Shown here: positions 31,655 to 41,158 of the stretch, one piece after another
Layout: each line of letters begins with the position of its first letter
Position numbering within the stretch: position 1 is the first letter of the stretch
Translations under genes and position numbers: made by a program
DNA from: an uncultured bacterium
GTDB taxonomy: Bacteria; Hydrothermota; Hydrothermia; B15-G9; WFZT01
Direction: 5' to 3'
DNA length: 64,000 nt
Assembly (NCBI GenBank): GCA_964571845.1
Contig: CAZNDM010000074.1
Location: forward strand, 4,431 to 68,430
Notes under the pieces: generated by a model
What the model saw: the letters and a program-made list of their open reading frames with translations, nothing else
Databases searched by the model: none
Told to the model about the DNA's origin: nothing

Positions 31655-33382
31655 ATGAAAATTGATAAACGTCTGTTCAAAGAAATAAGAAAGTACAAAT
31701 TATCACTGATCTCAACCACTATCCTCAGTTTTTTAATTGGGGTACTGATTGTACTACAGGCACGATACTTCAGCAAAATTGTCAATTTAGCATTTCTAAA
31801 AAAATACTCCTTAAAACAACTTTATCCACTCATACTTCTTCTCGTTGTCATAATTATTCTCAGAGCAGTGGCTCTGTATTTGAACTCGGTAGTGACGACA
31901 AACATCTCCATTAAAACGAGACACAATCTCAGAAAACGTCTCATCAAAAAAATTGTATCTCTCGGACCTTCTTTTACCAGCAAGGAACTAACAGGAGAGT
32001 TAACAACTACCCTTACAGAGGGAATAGAAAAACTTGATCCCTATATCAGGGAATACATTCCCCAAATCATTCTCACGGCAGTAATTCCAATTATGGTACT
32101 GTTTTTTGTGTTTCCACGTGACTTTTACACAGGGTTAATTTTCATTATCACTGCTCCCCTCATTCCCTTTTTCATGTATTTGATAGGACTCGCAGCCGAA
32201 AAAATCACCAAAAAGCAGTGGGAAACTCTGAGCAAGATGAGTGCCTATCTGCTGGATGTCATCCAGGGGCTCACAACATTGAAAGTTCTTAATCGTTCGA
32301 AGGAAGAGAAGGAAAGACTGAAACGTACCGTCGAGGAATTCCGTAAGACGACGATCAGTGTGCTTAAAGTAGCATTTATATCCGCTCTCACACTGGAACT
32401 GATAGCGACTCTCAGCACGGCCATTGTGGCAGTTGAAATTGGACTGAGATTGCTTTACGGCAAACTGGCCTTTGAACAGGCCTTTTTTATACTGCTACTT
32501 GCACCTGAGTTTTACACGCCATTCCGTCAGCTCGGCGCAAAATTTCATTCTGGCATGGCAGGAGTTGAAGCAGCAAATAGAATTTACCAGATCCTATCGA
32601 TCCAGAATCATGAAACTCATAACCAACTGAAAAAAATAGATTTTAACAACCGCATCCTGTTTAAAGAAGTCAAATTCTCTTACGGAGATAGAGAGGCTCT
32701 TCGTGGAATCAATTTTGAACTAAGAAAGGGAGAGAAGATTGCCCTTGTTGGGCCGACAGGGGCCGGAAAATCTACAATAGCCAGCCTGTTGTTAAAATTT
32801 ATTACGCCTGACGAGGGAGAAGTCTTTGTAGATTCAACTCCACTCTCCACAATCTGTGGAGATACATGGAGACAACTTATTTCATGGGTTCCTCAGTCAC
32901 CATACATTTTCAACACCACTATTATGGAGAACATCCTGATTGCACGTCCTGGTGCAACCTATGAAGAAGTCGTTGAGGCAGCCAAAGCGGCTCACGCACA
33001 TGAATTCATTACCAAACTTAAATACGGTTATAAAACAATTGTGGGAGAGAGGGGCGCAAAATTAAGTGGTGGTCAGGCCCAAAGAATAGCTATTGCACGG
33101 GCTTTTTTAAAAAACTCACCTATATTGATTCTTGATGAGGCAACTGCTAATCTCGATCCAGAGATAGAAAGGATGATCACCGATGCCACCTACAGGCTGT
33201 TACAGTCTAAAACTGCTCTGATAATAGCCCACAGGATCAGTACCATCTTCAAAGCAGACAGGATTATAGTCCTTGAAAATGGAAAAATAGTTGAGCAGGG
33301 AACTCACGAGTTACTCATGAAAAGAGGCAAGTTATATCCCAGGCTCGTTAAAAAATACAGGGGAGAATATGAAAACCTTTAG
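31655..33382 (+). CDS. cydD: Thiol reductant ABC exporter subunit CydD
   Basis: TM domain with LLLAPEFYTPFRQLG; GPTGAGKS, LSGGQAQR and LILDE motifs. Confidence 0.93.
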   Translation: MKIDKRLFKEIRKYKLSLISTTILSFLIGVLIVLQARYFSKIVNLAFLKKYSLKQLYPLILLLVVIIILRAVALYLNSVVTTNISIKTRHNLRKRLIKKIVSLGPSFTSKELTGELTTTLTEGIEKLDPYIREYIPQIILTAVIPIMVLFFVFPRDFYTGLIFIITAPLIPFFMYLIGLAAEKITKKQWETLSKMSAYLLDVIQGLTTLKVLNRSKEEKERLKRTVEEFRKTTISVLKVAFISALTLELIATLSTAIVAVEIGLRLLYGKLAFEQAFFILLLAPEFYTPFRQLGAKFHSGMAGVEAANRIYQILSIQNHETHNQLKKIDFNNRILFKEVKFSYGDREALRGINFELRKGEKIALVGPTGAGKSTIASLLLKFITPDEGEVFVDSTPLSTICGDTWRQLISWVPQSPYIFNTTIMENILIARPGATYEEVVEAAKAAHAHEFITKLKYGYKTIVGERGAKLSGGQAQRIAIARAFLKNSPILILDEATANLDPEIERMITDATYRLLQSKTALIIAHRISTIFKADRIIVLENGKIVEQGTHELLMKRGKLYPRLVKKYRGEYENL

Positions 33383-35099
33383 AAGATTATTAAATTTTGT
33401 GAGACCCTTTGTAATCAATATGCTTGGTGCAACGTCTCTTGGAGTGGCGACCATACTTTCCAGTATTGGACTAATGGCAACTTCTGCATATATCATCGCA
33501 AGTGCTGCCCTCCACCCTGCACTTTACACACTTCAGCTCGCAATTACAGGGGTCAGATTTTTCGGAATCTCACGCGGGATTTTTAGATACTTTGAAAGGT
33601 TAATTTCCCACAACGTCACCTTCAAAATTCTGGGACACATGAGAGTATGGTTTTATGAAAAAATTGAACCCCTTGCACCTGCCAGACTCACATCCTTTCA
33701 ATCTGGAGACATCCTCTCAAGAATTGTATCTGACATCGAAACTCTCGAAAATCTCTTTGTCAGAGTTTTGTATCCACCATTTGTATTTGTTTTTGTTTTG
33801 ATACTCGTGTCTGTTTTTATGGGTTTATTCAATTTTAAATTTGTAATAGTGCTTGGTACCTTCATGATCGTGGGGGCAATCATGATCCCGGTTATCTCAT
33901 TCTATGCTGCTAAGAGAGACGGCAGACTACTGCTGACGCACAGGGGTAACCTTTATAAAAAAATCGTTGACACAATCGATGGACTCCCGGACCTCCTTGT
34001 CTCTGGTTTCCAGTCCATACAGCTCAGGAGAATAGATAATTCCTCGAAGGAGCTTTCAAAATCTGAGAAGAAAATGGGTTATATTGAAGGTGTGGAAAAT
34101 GCACTTCTTCTCCTGGTCTCAAGTTTAGGGGCAATAAGTGTATTAATTGTTGCTATAAAACTCACAGAAATTGGCAAACTTAGAGGAGTTATGATCGCCG
34201 TACTATCGCTTACAGCCCTCACCGCATTTGAAGCAATCATTCCATTACCAGGAGCTGCAAAACTCCTGGAAAGTGTTATTGAAGCCGGAAATAGATTGTT
34301 CGAAATCGTTGATCAAAAACCTGCTGTTGAAGACCCTCCACACCCGAAAAAACCACCTGAGAAATTTGAAATTTCTATAAATGACCTCTCTTTTTCTTAT
34401 TCACCTGATATACCTGCTCTTAAAGGCATTACTTTTACCGTCAGGGAAGGTGGTAAAATAGCAATAGTTGGGCCAAGTGGTGCTGGAAAATCGACTATAG
34501 CCCATATACTTGTGAGATTCTGGGATTACGATTCCGGAAGTGTAAAAATTGGAGGCACAGAATTAAAATTCCTATCCCAGCAAACTGTTCGCTCACTCAT
34601 AAGCCTGATGACGCAAAGAACTTATCTTTTTACAGGTACAATCAAAGAAAATCTCCTCCTTGCAAAACCTGATGCTTCTGAAAAGGAAATTATTGAAGCA
34701 TCAAAACTTGCAAAACTTCATAACTTTGTCCAGTCTCTACCCGGTGGATATGATACCCCGGTGGGAGAATATGGCGAATTTTTAAGTGGCGGTGAGCGAC
34801 AAAGGGTCGCACTCGCACGAATTATCTTAAAAAATAGTCCTATTATTGTACTCGATGAACCAACTTCAAATCTTGATCCGATTACTGAGAGAGCTATTCT
34901 GGACGATATCTTTAAAAATCTTCAAGAAAAAACCGTTATCTTTATAACTCACAGGCTTAGTCACATGGAGATGATGGACGAAATTATTGTTCTGAAGAAT
35001 GGTGAGATTATGGAAAAGGGTAAACACGATGAGCTCATGAAATTAAAGGGTCTTTACTGGAAAATGTGGACTTTACAGCAAGAAATGCTCGTTGCATGA
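33369..35099 (+). CDS. cydC: Thiol reductant ABC exporter subunit CydC
   Basis: GVRFFGISRGIFRYFERLISH, GPSGAGKS, LSGGERQR and VLDEPT motifs. Confidence 0.93.
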   Translation: MKTFRRLLNFVRPFVINMLGATSLGVATILSSIGLMATSAYIIASAALHPALYTLQLAITGVRFFGISRGIFRYFERLISHNVTFKILGHMRVWFYEKIEPLAPARLTSFQSGDILSRIVSDIETLENLFVRVLYPPFVFVFVLILVSVFMGLFNFKFVIVLGTFMIVGAIMIPVISFYAAKRDGRLLLTHRGNLYKKIVDTIDGLPDLLVSGFQSIQLRRIDNSSKELSKSEKKMGYIEGVENALLLLVSSLGAISVLIVAIKLTEIGKLRGVMIAVLSLTALTAFEAIIPLPGAAKLLESVIEAGNRLFEIVDQKPAVEDPPHPKKPPEKFEISINDLSFSYSPDIPALKGITFTVREGGKIAIVGPSGAGKSTIAHILVRFWDYDSGSVKIGGTELKFLSQQTVRSLISLMTQRTYLFTGTIKENLLLAKPDASEKEIIEASKLAKLHNFVQSLPGGYDTPVGEYGEFLSGGERQRVALARIILKNSPIIVLDEPTSNLDPITERAILDDIFKNLQEKTVIFITHRLSHMEMMDEIIVLKNGEIMEKGKHDELMKLKGLYWKMWTLQQEMLVA

Positions 35100-35215
35100 A
35101 ATTCAAAATCGAACGTTCTAAAAAATCTTCATGTGTAACCAACGAAAATGCCAGCAACAATACAGAATTTTTAAACACACGATGGGCTCCATAAAAAAGT
35201 TTTGGACCTGTCCAC

Positions 35216-35244
35216 TTGACGTGGTGGGATAGGCTTGATAACAT
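35216..35244 (+). promoter_or_regulatory. Promoter for a leaderless yggS-cluster transcript
   Basis: TTGACG-17 nt-TAACAT with extended TG; ATG 6 nt downstream, no SD. Confidence 0.6.
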
Positions 35245-35250
35245 AAAGCC

Positions 35251-35670
35251 ATGGGTAATCGAATCTCCTGGAAAATCCTACCTGCAAGAGATAAGAAAAA
35301 ATTTTCTATCTTTATCTTTACTGTCTCCGGGTTTACAATCCTCGTGTATTTCGTGGCCGGGATTTATTGGGCCCTTTTCTCTCTTGTAGTACTTCTTGCT
35401 TCTCTATTTCAGTTTTACACACCCACAGAGTACATCCTTGACGACGACGGAATCATTATAAAAAGACCTCTATATACCATGAGAAAAAACTGGAGCGAGT
35501 TTAGACGTGTGGTTGAAACAAAAAGCGGCATTTTTCTTTCACCCTTTTCAAGACCATCGAGACTTGATAGTTTCAGAGGTGTACACTTATTAATTCAAAA
35601 TAAAGAAAAGCACGATGTCATTGAGTTTATCAAAAGGAAAATTCACCATGACGATAAAGGAAAGAATTAA
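35251..35670 (+). CDS. Hypothetical membrane protein (two TMs plus small soluble domain)
   Basis: Compact ORF with hydrophobic hairpin; overlaps yggS as the first gene of the operon. Confidence 0.7.
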   Translation: MGNRISWKILPARDKKKFSIFIFTVSGFTILVYFVAGIYWALFSLVVLLASLFQFYTPTEYILDDDGIIIKRPLYTMRKNWSEFRRVVETKSGIFLSPFSRPSRLDSFRGVHLLIQNKEKHDVIEFIKRKIHHDDKGKN

Positions 35671-36325
35671 AATCCTCCGAGAAAAAATAGCTGATGCTCT
35701 TGAAAAAGCTGGACGTTCAAATGAAGAGATAACGGTGGTTGGTGTAACAAAGGGTATTGATATTGAAAGAATAATCGAGGGCATAAAACTCGGAATACAT
35801 ATCCTTGGAGAAAATAGAGTTCAGGAAGCAAGAGAAAAGATCCCCCTCATAAATCTTCCATGTCAATGGCATCTTATCGGGCATCTTCAGAAAAACAAGG
35901 TCAAATATGCAGTTAAACTTTTCGACATGATTCAGTCTGTTGATAGTATAGAACTTGCCGGGCTCCTCAATAAAAAACTCAATAAAAAAATTGATATACT
36001 CATCGAGGTGAATACATCTGGTGAACCACAAAAATTCGGTATAGCACCTGAAAAATTACCTGCTCTAATTGATAGTATACTGGGAATGGAAAATCTTAAC
36101 CTGCTCGGTTTGATGACAGTTGGGCCCTATCCTGTTGAAGAATACAGATCCAGGAAGGCTTTTTCACTTTTGAGAGAGCTTCGTGATAACATGGAGAGAC
36201 GTTTCAAAGTCAAATTGCCCATTCTTTCCATGGGAATGACAGAGGACTTTGAATACGCTATACTTGAAGGTGCAAATATGCTGCGTATCGGTAGAGGCAT
36301 ATATGGTGAAAGAAACTACCCATAG
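35648..36325 (+). CDS. yggS: PLP homeostasis protein YggS/PlpHP
   Basis: VGVTK, LGENRVQE, WHLIGHLQKNK, LSMGMTEDF and LRIGRGIYG motifs. Confidence 0.95.
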   Translation: MTIKERIKILREKIADALEKAGRSNEEITVVGVTKGIDIERIIEGIKLGIHILGENRVQEAREKIPLINLPCQWHLIGHLQKNKVKYAVKLFDMIQSVDSIELAGLLNKKLNKKIDILIEVNTSGEPQKFGIAPEKLPALIDSILGMENLNLLGLMTVGPYPVEEYRSRKAFSLLRELRDNMERRFKVKLPILSMGMTEDFEYAILEGANMLRIGRGIYGERNYP

Positions 36326-36335
36326 GAGGTAAGGA

Positions 36336-36638
36336 ATGTTCGTATTCTCAAACTTTCTTATTGCCCTTGCAAGAGTTATTGACATATTTCTAAATCTTTA
36401 CATGTGGGTCATTATCATAAGAGCCTTGATTTCATGGGTTAATCCAGACCCGTTCAACCCGATTGTACGTTTTTTGAGGAACGTAACGGATCCATTTTTA
36501 AACTGGATCAGACGCACATTGAGACTGGGCTACTTTGGGGGAATTGATATATCTCCACTTATAGCCATTTTTATCATATACTTTTTGAGATATTTTGTGG
36601 TAAATACTTTAATAGAAATAGCCGCCAGAATGAGGTGA
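36336..36638 (+). CDS. yggT: YggT-family membrane protein
   Basis: RALISWVNPDPFNP...TDPFL...IDISP. Confidence 0.93.
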   Translation: MFVFSNFLIALARVIDIFLNLYMWVIIIRALISWVNPDPFNPIVRFLRNVTDPFLNWIRRTLRLGYFGGIDISPLIAIFIIYFLRYFVVNTLIEIAARMR

Positions 36639-36641
36639 GTC

Positions 36642-37220
36642 ATGAAACTTTCACCACTTGAAGTAAAAAAGAGAGAATTCAAGACAAAAATGAGGGGGTA
36701 CGATCCCCAGGAAGTGAGGGCATTTCTCGAAATGGTCTCACGGGACATGGAAGATACAGAGAGGGAGATACGCGAGCTTTACGAAAAGATGGAAGAAATG
36801 CAGAAACTTCTTGATCACTATAAAGAGATGGAAGAGACAATAAAATCGGCCATGATGACCGCCCAGAAGGCGGCTGAGGATATGAAAAACAACGCTGAGC
36901 GTGAAGCTGAATTAATCGTTGAAAAGGCTCGTGTTCAGGCACAGGAAATAATTTCACAAGCCCAGAAAGAGCATGATGAACTCCTTAACTCACTTGAAAG
37001 CAAAAAATCCCGACTCGAAAATGAAATTAAGATGCTTGAAAGGAAGAGAAGAGCAATTCTCGAAGACCTTTACAATACTCTGAATCTCCACCTTGGTCTT
37101 GTAAAGGAAGAATTTGAAAAAGAAAAATTGAATCTCCTTGAAGGAGAAGAGGAGGTTAAAGATGTCAGATCTCAAGAAGAAGATACTGGAAGCAGTGAAC
37201 TTTCTGAAACAGGAGATTGA
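36642..37220 (+). CDS. DivIVA domain-containing protein
   Basis: LSPLEVKKREFKTKMRGYDPQEVRAFLE followed by a long coiled coil. Confidence 0.9.
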   Translation: MKLSPLEVKKREFKTKMRGYDPQEVRAFLEMVSRDMEDTEREIRELYEKMEEMQKLLDHYKEMEETIKSAMMTAQKAAEDMKNNAEREAELIVEKARVQAQEIISQAQKEHDELLNSLESKKSRLENEIKMLERKRRAILEDLYNTLNLHLGLVKEEFEKEKLNLLEGEEEVKDVRSQEEDTGSSELSETGD

Positions 37221-37983
37221 TGAATCACCAACAATAGGTATAATCCTTGGTTCAGGACTCGGTGGCCTCGCCGATGAAATGGAGAAATTGAAGGAAATTA
37301 AGTACTGGGAAATTCCAAACTTCCCCGTTTCCACTGTTAAAGGTCATGAAGGTAAACTGATCTATGGAAAATTATCAGGAAAAACTGTCCTCGCTATGCA
37401 GGGGCGATTTCATTATTATGAGGGATACTCCATGCAGGAGGTCACATTTCCTGTCCGTGTTATGAAATTTCTTGGTGTAAAAACCCTTATTGTCTCAAAT
37501 GCATCAGGTGGGGTTAATCCAAGATTCGAGCCGGGTGATATTATGCTCATATGGGATCACATTAACTTGATGCCTGAAAATCCTCTCCGCGGAAAAAATG
37601 ATGAAACTCTTGGGCCAAGATTTCCATCCATGCATAATGCTTATGACAAAGATTTGATTAAACTGACAGAAAGTGTGGCATTTAACCTCGGAATTAAGGT
37701 TGTGCGGGGCGTTTACGTCGCTCTCCAAGGCCCAAATCTTGAAACCCCCTCAGAATACAATTTCGTAAGAGTCATTGGCGGCGACGCTGTGGGCATGTCC
37801 ACGGTTCCTGAAGTCATTGTGGCAAATCACATGGGGATGAAAGTCCTTGGAATATCTGTCATAACAAATGTTGCAGACCCTTATAATCCAAAGCCAACAA
37901 CCCATGAGGAGGTCCTTGAAGTGGCCTCCGTTGCCGAGAAAAATCTGACAAAATTAATTAAAGGAGTACTCGAAAAAATTTAA
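37162..37983 (+). CDS. punA: Purine-nucleoside phosphorylase (trimeric, family 2)
   Basis: ILGSGLG, GRFHYYEG, GPNLETPSE and VGMSTVPE motifs; GGAGG SD before ATG 37162. Confidence 0.94.
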   Translation: MSDLKKKILEAVNFLKQEIDESPTIGIILGSGLGGLADEMEKLKEIKYWEIPNFPVSTVKGHEGKLIYGKLSGKTVLAMQGRFHYYEGYSMQEVTFPVRVMKFLGVKTLIVSNASGGVNPRFEPGDIMLIWDHINLMPENPLRGKNDETLGPRFPSMHNAYDKDLIKLTESVAFNLGIKVVRGVYVALQGPNLETPSEYNFVRVIGGDAVGMSTVPEVIVANHMGMKVLGISVITNVADPYNPKPTTHEEVLEVASVAEKNLTKLIKGVLEKI

Positions 37984-38003
37984 ATTCAGGTGGTGATCTC
38001 TGA

Positions 38004-39278
38004 ATGACCTATTTTAAAAAAATTATCAATTTTTTCATAACACGTGCTGGAGTTTCAATCTTAATTGCCGGGATTCTCGGTGCAAATTACATTCTTATAC
38101 CCATGGACGATGTACAGAATGACCACCTGCGGGCTTATGGAATCGCATACAATGTACTGAGGAAAGGAGTTAAAGTCGATTGGCTGCTGAATTACCGTGG
38201 TGGTAGCTTCATGATGAAAGATTTACCCTCCATTGAAAAGATGTGTGACGTCCTTGGAGTGACATATAAGGTGATAAGCGAGGCCGATGTAGCTTCAATC
38301 TATAAAACCATCGAAGAAAATAATATGAATGACGTGGTTCTCGAAAAAGCTCCAAAAATTGCCGTCTACATTCCTCCTTATGCCGAACCGTGGGATGACG
38401 CTGTAACTCTCGCCCTCGAATATGCCCAGATCCCTTACGACAGAATCTATGACGACGAAATACTTGAAGGGAAACTATCAAATTACGAATGGCTGCACGT
38501 ACACCATGAAGATTTTACCGGTCAATTTGGCAAATTTTATGCAAGTTATAGAAACACGGAATGGTATCAGAGACAGGTAAAGATGGATACTGAGACGGCC
38601 CATAGATGGGGATTTAAAAAAGTATCAAAACTCAAGCTCGCAGTCGCTGAAAAAATTAAACAGTACATATACCGCGGTGGTTTCCTCTTTGCTATGTGCT
38701 CTGCTCCAATAACTCTGGATATTGCTCTCGCTGCGCACAACACAGACATCGTTCCCGCTGTCTTCGACGGCGACCCTGTAGATCCGAATTATCAGAAAAA
38801 ACTTGATTTTAAAAATACTCTGGCGTTTACAAACTTTCATATCATTACAAATCCATATATTTACGAGCATTCTGATATTGATGTAACACGTGAAGCGGCC
38901 ATGCGCGGACCAAACACATATTTCACACTCTTCGATTTTTCTGCGAAATACGATCCAATCCCTACAATGTTGACACAGGATCATACAAGGGTCATCAAAG
39001 AATTCCTTGGACAGGATACTGGATTTAGAAGATCAAAATTGAAAGACAACGTCGTTATTCTCGCAATGGTCAAAGGAACCGATGAAGTCAAGTATCTTTA
39101 TGGAAACTACGGTAAAGGGTTCTTCGCATTTCTCGGTGGACATGATCCTGAAGATTATCAGCATTTTATTGGTGATCCCCCAACGAGACTTGAACTACAT
39201 AGAAATTCGCCAGGCTATAGGCTGATCCTGAACAATGTCCTTTTCCCCGCTGCTCGCAAAAAACCATTGAAAACATAA
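38004..39278 (+). CDS. Conserved exported protein of the family commonly annotated 'asparagine synthetase B' (function unverified)
   Basis: ILIPMD..QNDHLRAYGIAY, WLLNYRGGSF, PWDDAVTLAL and YRLILNNVLFPAA recognised as this family. It lacks the N-terminal Cys of true AsnB. Confidence 0.7.
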   Translation: MTYFKKIINFFITRAGVSILIAGILGANYILIPMDDVQNDHLRAYGIAYNVLRKGVKVDWLLNYRGGSFMMKDLPSIEKMCDVLGVTYKVISEADVASIYKTIEENNMNDVVLEKAPKIAVYIPPYAEPWDDAVTLALEYAQIPYDRIYDDEILEGKLSNYEWLHVHHEDFTGQFGKFYASYRNTEWYQRQVKMDTETAHRWGFKKVSKLKLAVAEKIKQYIYRGGFLFAMCSAPITLDIALAAHNTDIVPAVFDGDPVDPNYQKKLDFKNTLAFTNFHIITNPYIYEHSDIDVTREAAMRGPNTYFTLFDFSAKYDPIPTMLTQDHTRVIKEFLGQDTGFRRSKLKDNVVILAMVKGTDEVKYLYGNYGKGFFAFLGGHDPEDYQHFIGDPPTRLELHRNSPGYRLILNNVLFPAARKKPLKT

Positions 39279-39637
39279 TATGGATCTGGACACCCTCACT
39301 ATGAAGACTAATAATCATAATTTCCCTTTATTTTGATATCTTTCTGTAGACTACTCTGTATGTTCCGGATTAGAATCATCTGTATACAAAAGGAAATTTT
39401 GACCAGTTGATAAAACTGAGCGCCAAATTCTCTAAAAACACCCTACAGATGACAAGTTTATGAAACTAATCAGTCCCGTTTAAAGGTGTTAAAAACAGGT
39501 TCACGAAATTCCAAAACGTGAGTAACCTTTATGTTGAATTCCGGCGGGGGAAGTAGGGTGCATTTAAGCCAGACTTAACATCATCTCTTTTCGCATCAAA
39601 TCTTGAGGACTTCATCTGTCAACACTTAAAAACGGAA

Positions 39638-39774
39638 GTTCGAAAAATATTTTACCGGTAATCACTTCCCCTTTCACTTTGCTAAAAAACTCCCTTCCTT
39701 TTCCCTCCCTGCTTGCGAAAAGACCCACCTATAGTCTCGCCTTCCACTTCGTGGAAGGGGATCGAGGTTGAAAC
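39638..39774 (+). repeat. Dispersed hairpin-rich repeat, copy A
   Basis: Homologous to minus-strand 1840-2005; contains the stem CCTTCCAC-TTC-GTGGAAGG followed by GGATCGAGGTTGAAAC. Confidence 0.7.
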
Positions 39775-40524
39775 CAATTCTGGTATCAGGGCAGTGTTTA
39801 TCAGTCATTGAAGGGGTGTGATAAAAGATCCATCACTTGTCTCTGTCAATATCCTACTGTAAATTCTATCACCTTTCCCCTCGCCTTTATTCTTCCTCGA
39901 CAGTGCTAAATGCACCGCATGGTAGAAGGTTAAAGAATTACATTCTCTTTTTCCAAAGCTTTTTTCAGCCAGCCTTACATTCAAATATAAAACTCTGGAT
40001 TTATGGCTATACCTATAATTTCAGAGACAACTATAATCTGTAATGCCAGAGCCGTCTCAAATCAGTTCGGTCATCTTGCAAATAGAAAATGAAAAAACTA
40101 TTTACATGATTTTACAATGGATATTTAAATTACGTTTAAAAAATTTATGAAAACTGCATTTAACTATGATGATTATAGCTCAGCTATCCTTTGATTTTTT
40201 ACCAGGTAAGAAATCCGGTTTATATTTGAAATATATGCATAAACTAACCTCATTAGTAGTTGAGTTTTTTTCACTGACCTGATTCTTTAAAAAATTGAAC
40301 TGAGCATCGAGGACAGAACACTTTCTCCAAGAATGGTGGGGTAACATGGAAAATTTGTTACCACTATGGGAAAAATTTTTAACAAATTGGATATGGTTCA
40401 TAAAGAGATTTAATTTTAGATTAATGTATGAATCGGGGAAAATTGGGAGTACAACTTATGGCAGAAAAATTGCCATAATATAAAAGAGCGGGAGGGAAGG
40501 ATGGAATTTTGATGCAGGAGGGGG

Positions 40525-40557
40525 ATATGGGAGGCGGCCTTCGGCCGCCTCCCATAT
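40525..40557. terminator. Perfect 15-bp hairpin in intergenic DNA
   Basis: ATATGGGAGGCGGCC-TTC-GGCCGCCTCCCATAT. Confidence 0.5.
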
Positions 40558-40726
40558 TTCATTTAATCCTTAAACATACCTCTAAACTTTCCTATCATTC
40601 ATTTAGAAACTTGTTACAACTATTATACCTTCAAACCACAAGCATCTTTACAAATTTCAGTACTCCATTTTAAATACTAAAAATGTTGCGCTTGAATACT
40701 TTTACTTGAACAAAAAATAAATTCCC

Positions 40727-40756
40727 TTGAGAATTTGGGAGGTGGTTGAGTATAAT
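40727..40756 (+). promoter_or_regulatory. Putative promoter for the holin-like/patatin pair
   Basis: TTGAGA-18 nt-TATAAT, followed by an AAGGAGG SD. Confidence 0.45.
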
Positions 40757-40783
40757 TCACCTAAATCTAAAGGAGGTTATGAC

Positions 40784-41158
40784 ATGAGAGGTTTTGTTAT
40801 AAGATGGTTGGTCTCTGCGATAGCCCTTGCAATAACGGCGTGGATCATTAAAGGTATTGAAATTCACGGCATTTTCTCGTTGTTAATCGCTACTCTCGTG
40901 CTCGGCATTTTGAATGCTATTATAAGACCAATCCTGATAGTTCTTACACTACCCATAAATATTCTCTCACTCGGCATTTTCACATTTGTGATAAACGCCA
41001 TCATGCTAAAGATAACGGCCAGTGTTGTCAAAGGCTTTGAAATACATGGTTTCTGGGCTGCTTTTGTCGGTGCAATCTTTATGTCTATTATCAGTACGCT
41101 CCTCACTTACTTTGTCTCGGATAGAGGAAAATTCGAAATCATCGTGGTGAGAAAATGA
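40784..41158 (+). CDS. Phage holin superfamily IV / YvlD-type 4-TM membrane protein
   Basis: GILNAIIRPILIVLTLPINILSLGIFTFVINA; AAGGAGG SD. Confidence 0.88.
   Translation: MRGFVIRWLVSAIALAITAWIIKGIEIHGIFSLLIATLVLGILNAIIRPILIVLTLPINILSLGIFTFVINAIMLKITASVVKGFEIHGFWAAFVGAIFMSIISTLLTYFVSDRGKFEIIVVRK

Noticed and set aside
39734-39830. CRISPR array
   Set aside because: There is only one repeat-like unit. The downstream match is limited to GAAGGGG, there is no regular repeat-spacer period and no cas genes. Kept only as a low-confidence finding.
39837-40070. ORF 39837..40043 and a PIN-like fragment on the minus strand (LTFYHAVHLAL)
   Set aside because: The resemblance covers about 10 residues amid stop codons, which is insufficient.
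40784-41158. Holin-family gene as evidence of a prophage
   Set aside because: YvlD-type proteins are common chromosomal membrane proteins, and there are no phage structural, lysis or integrase genes nearby.
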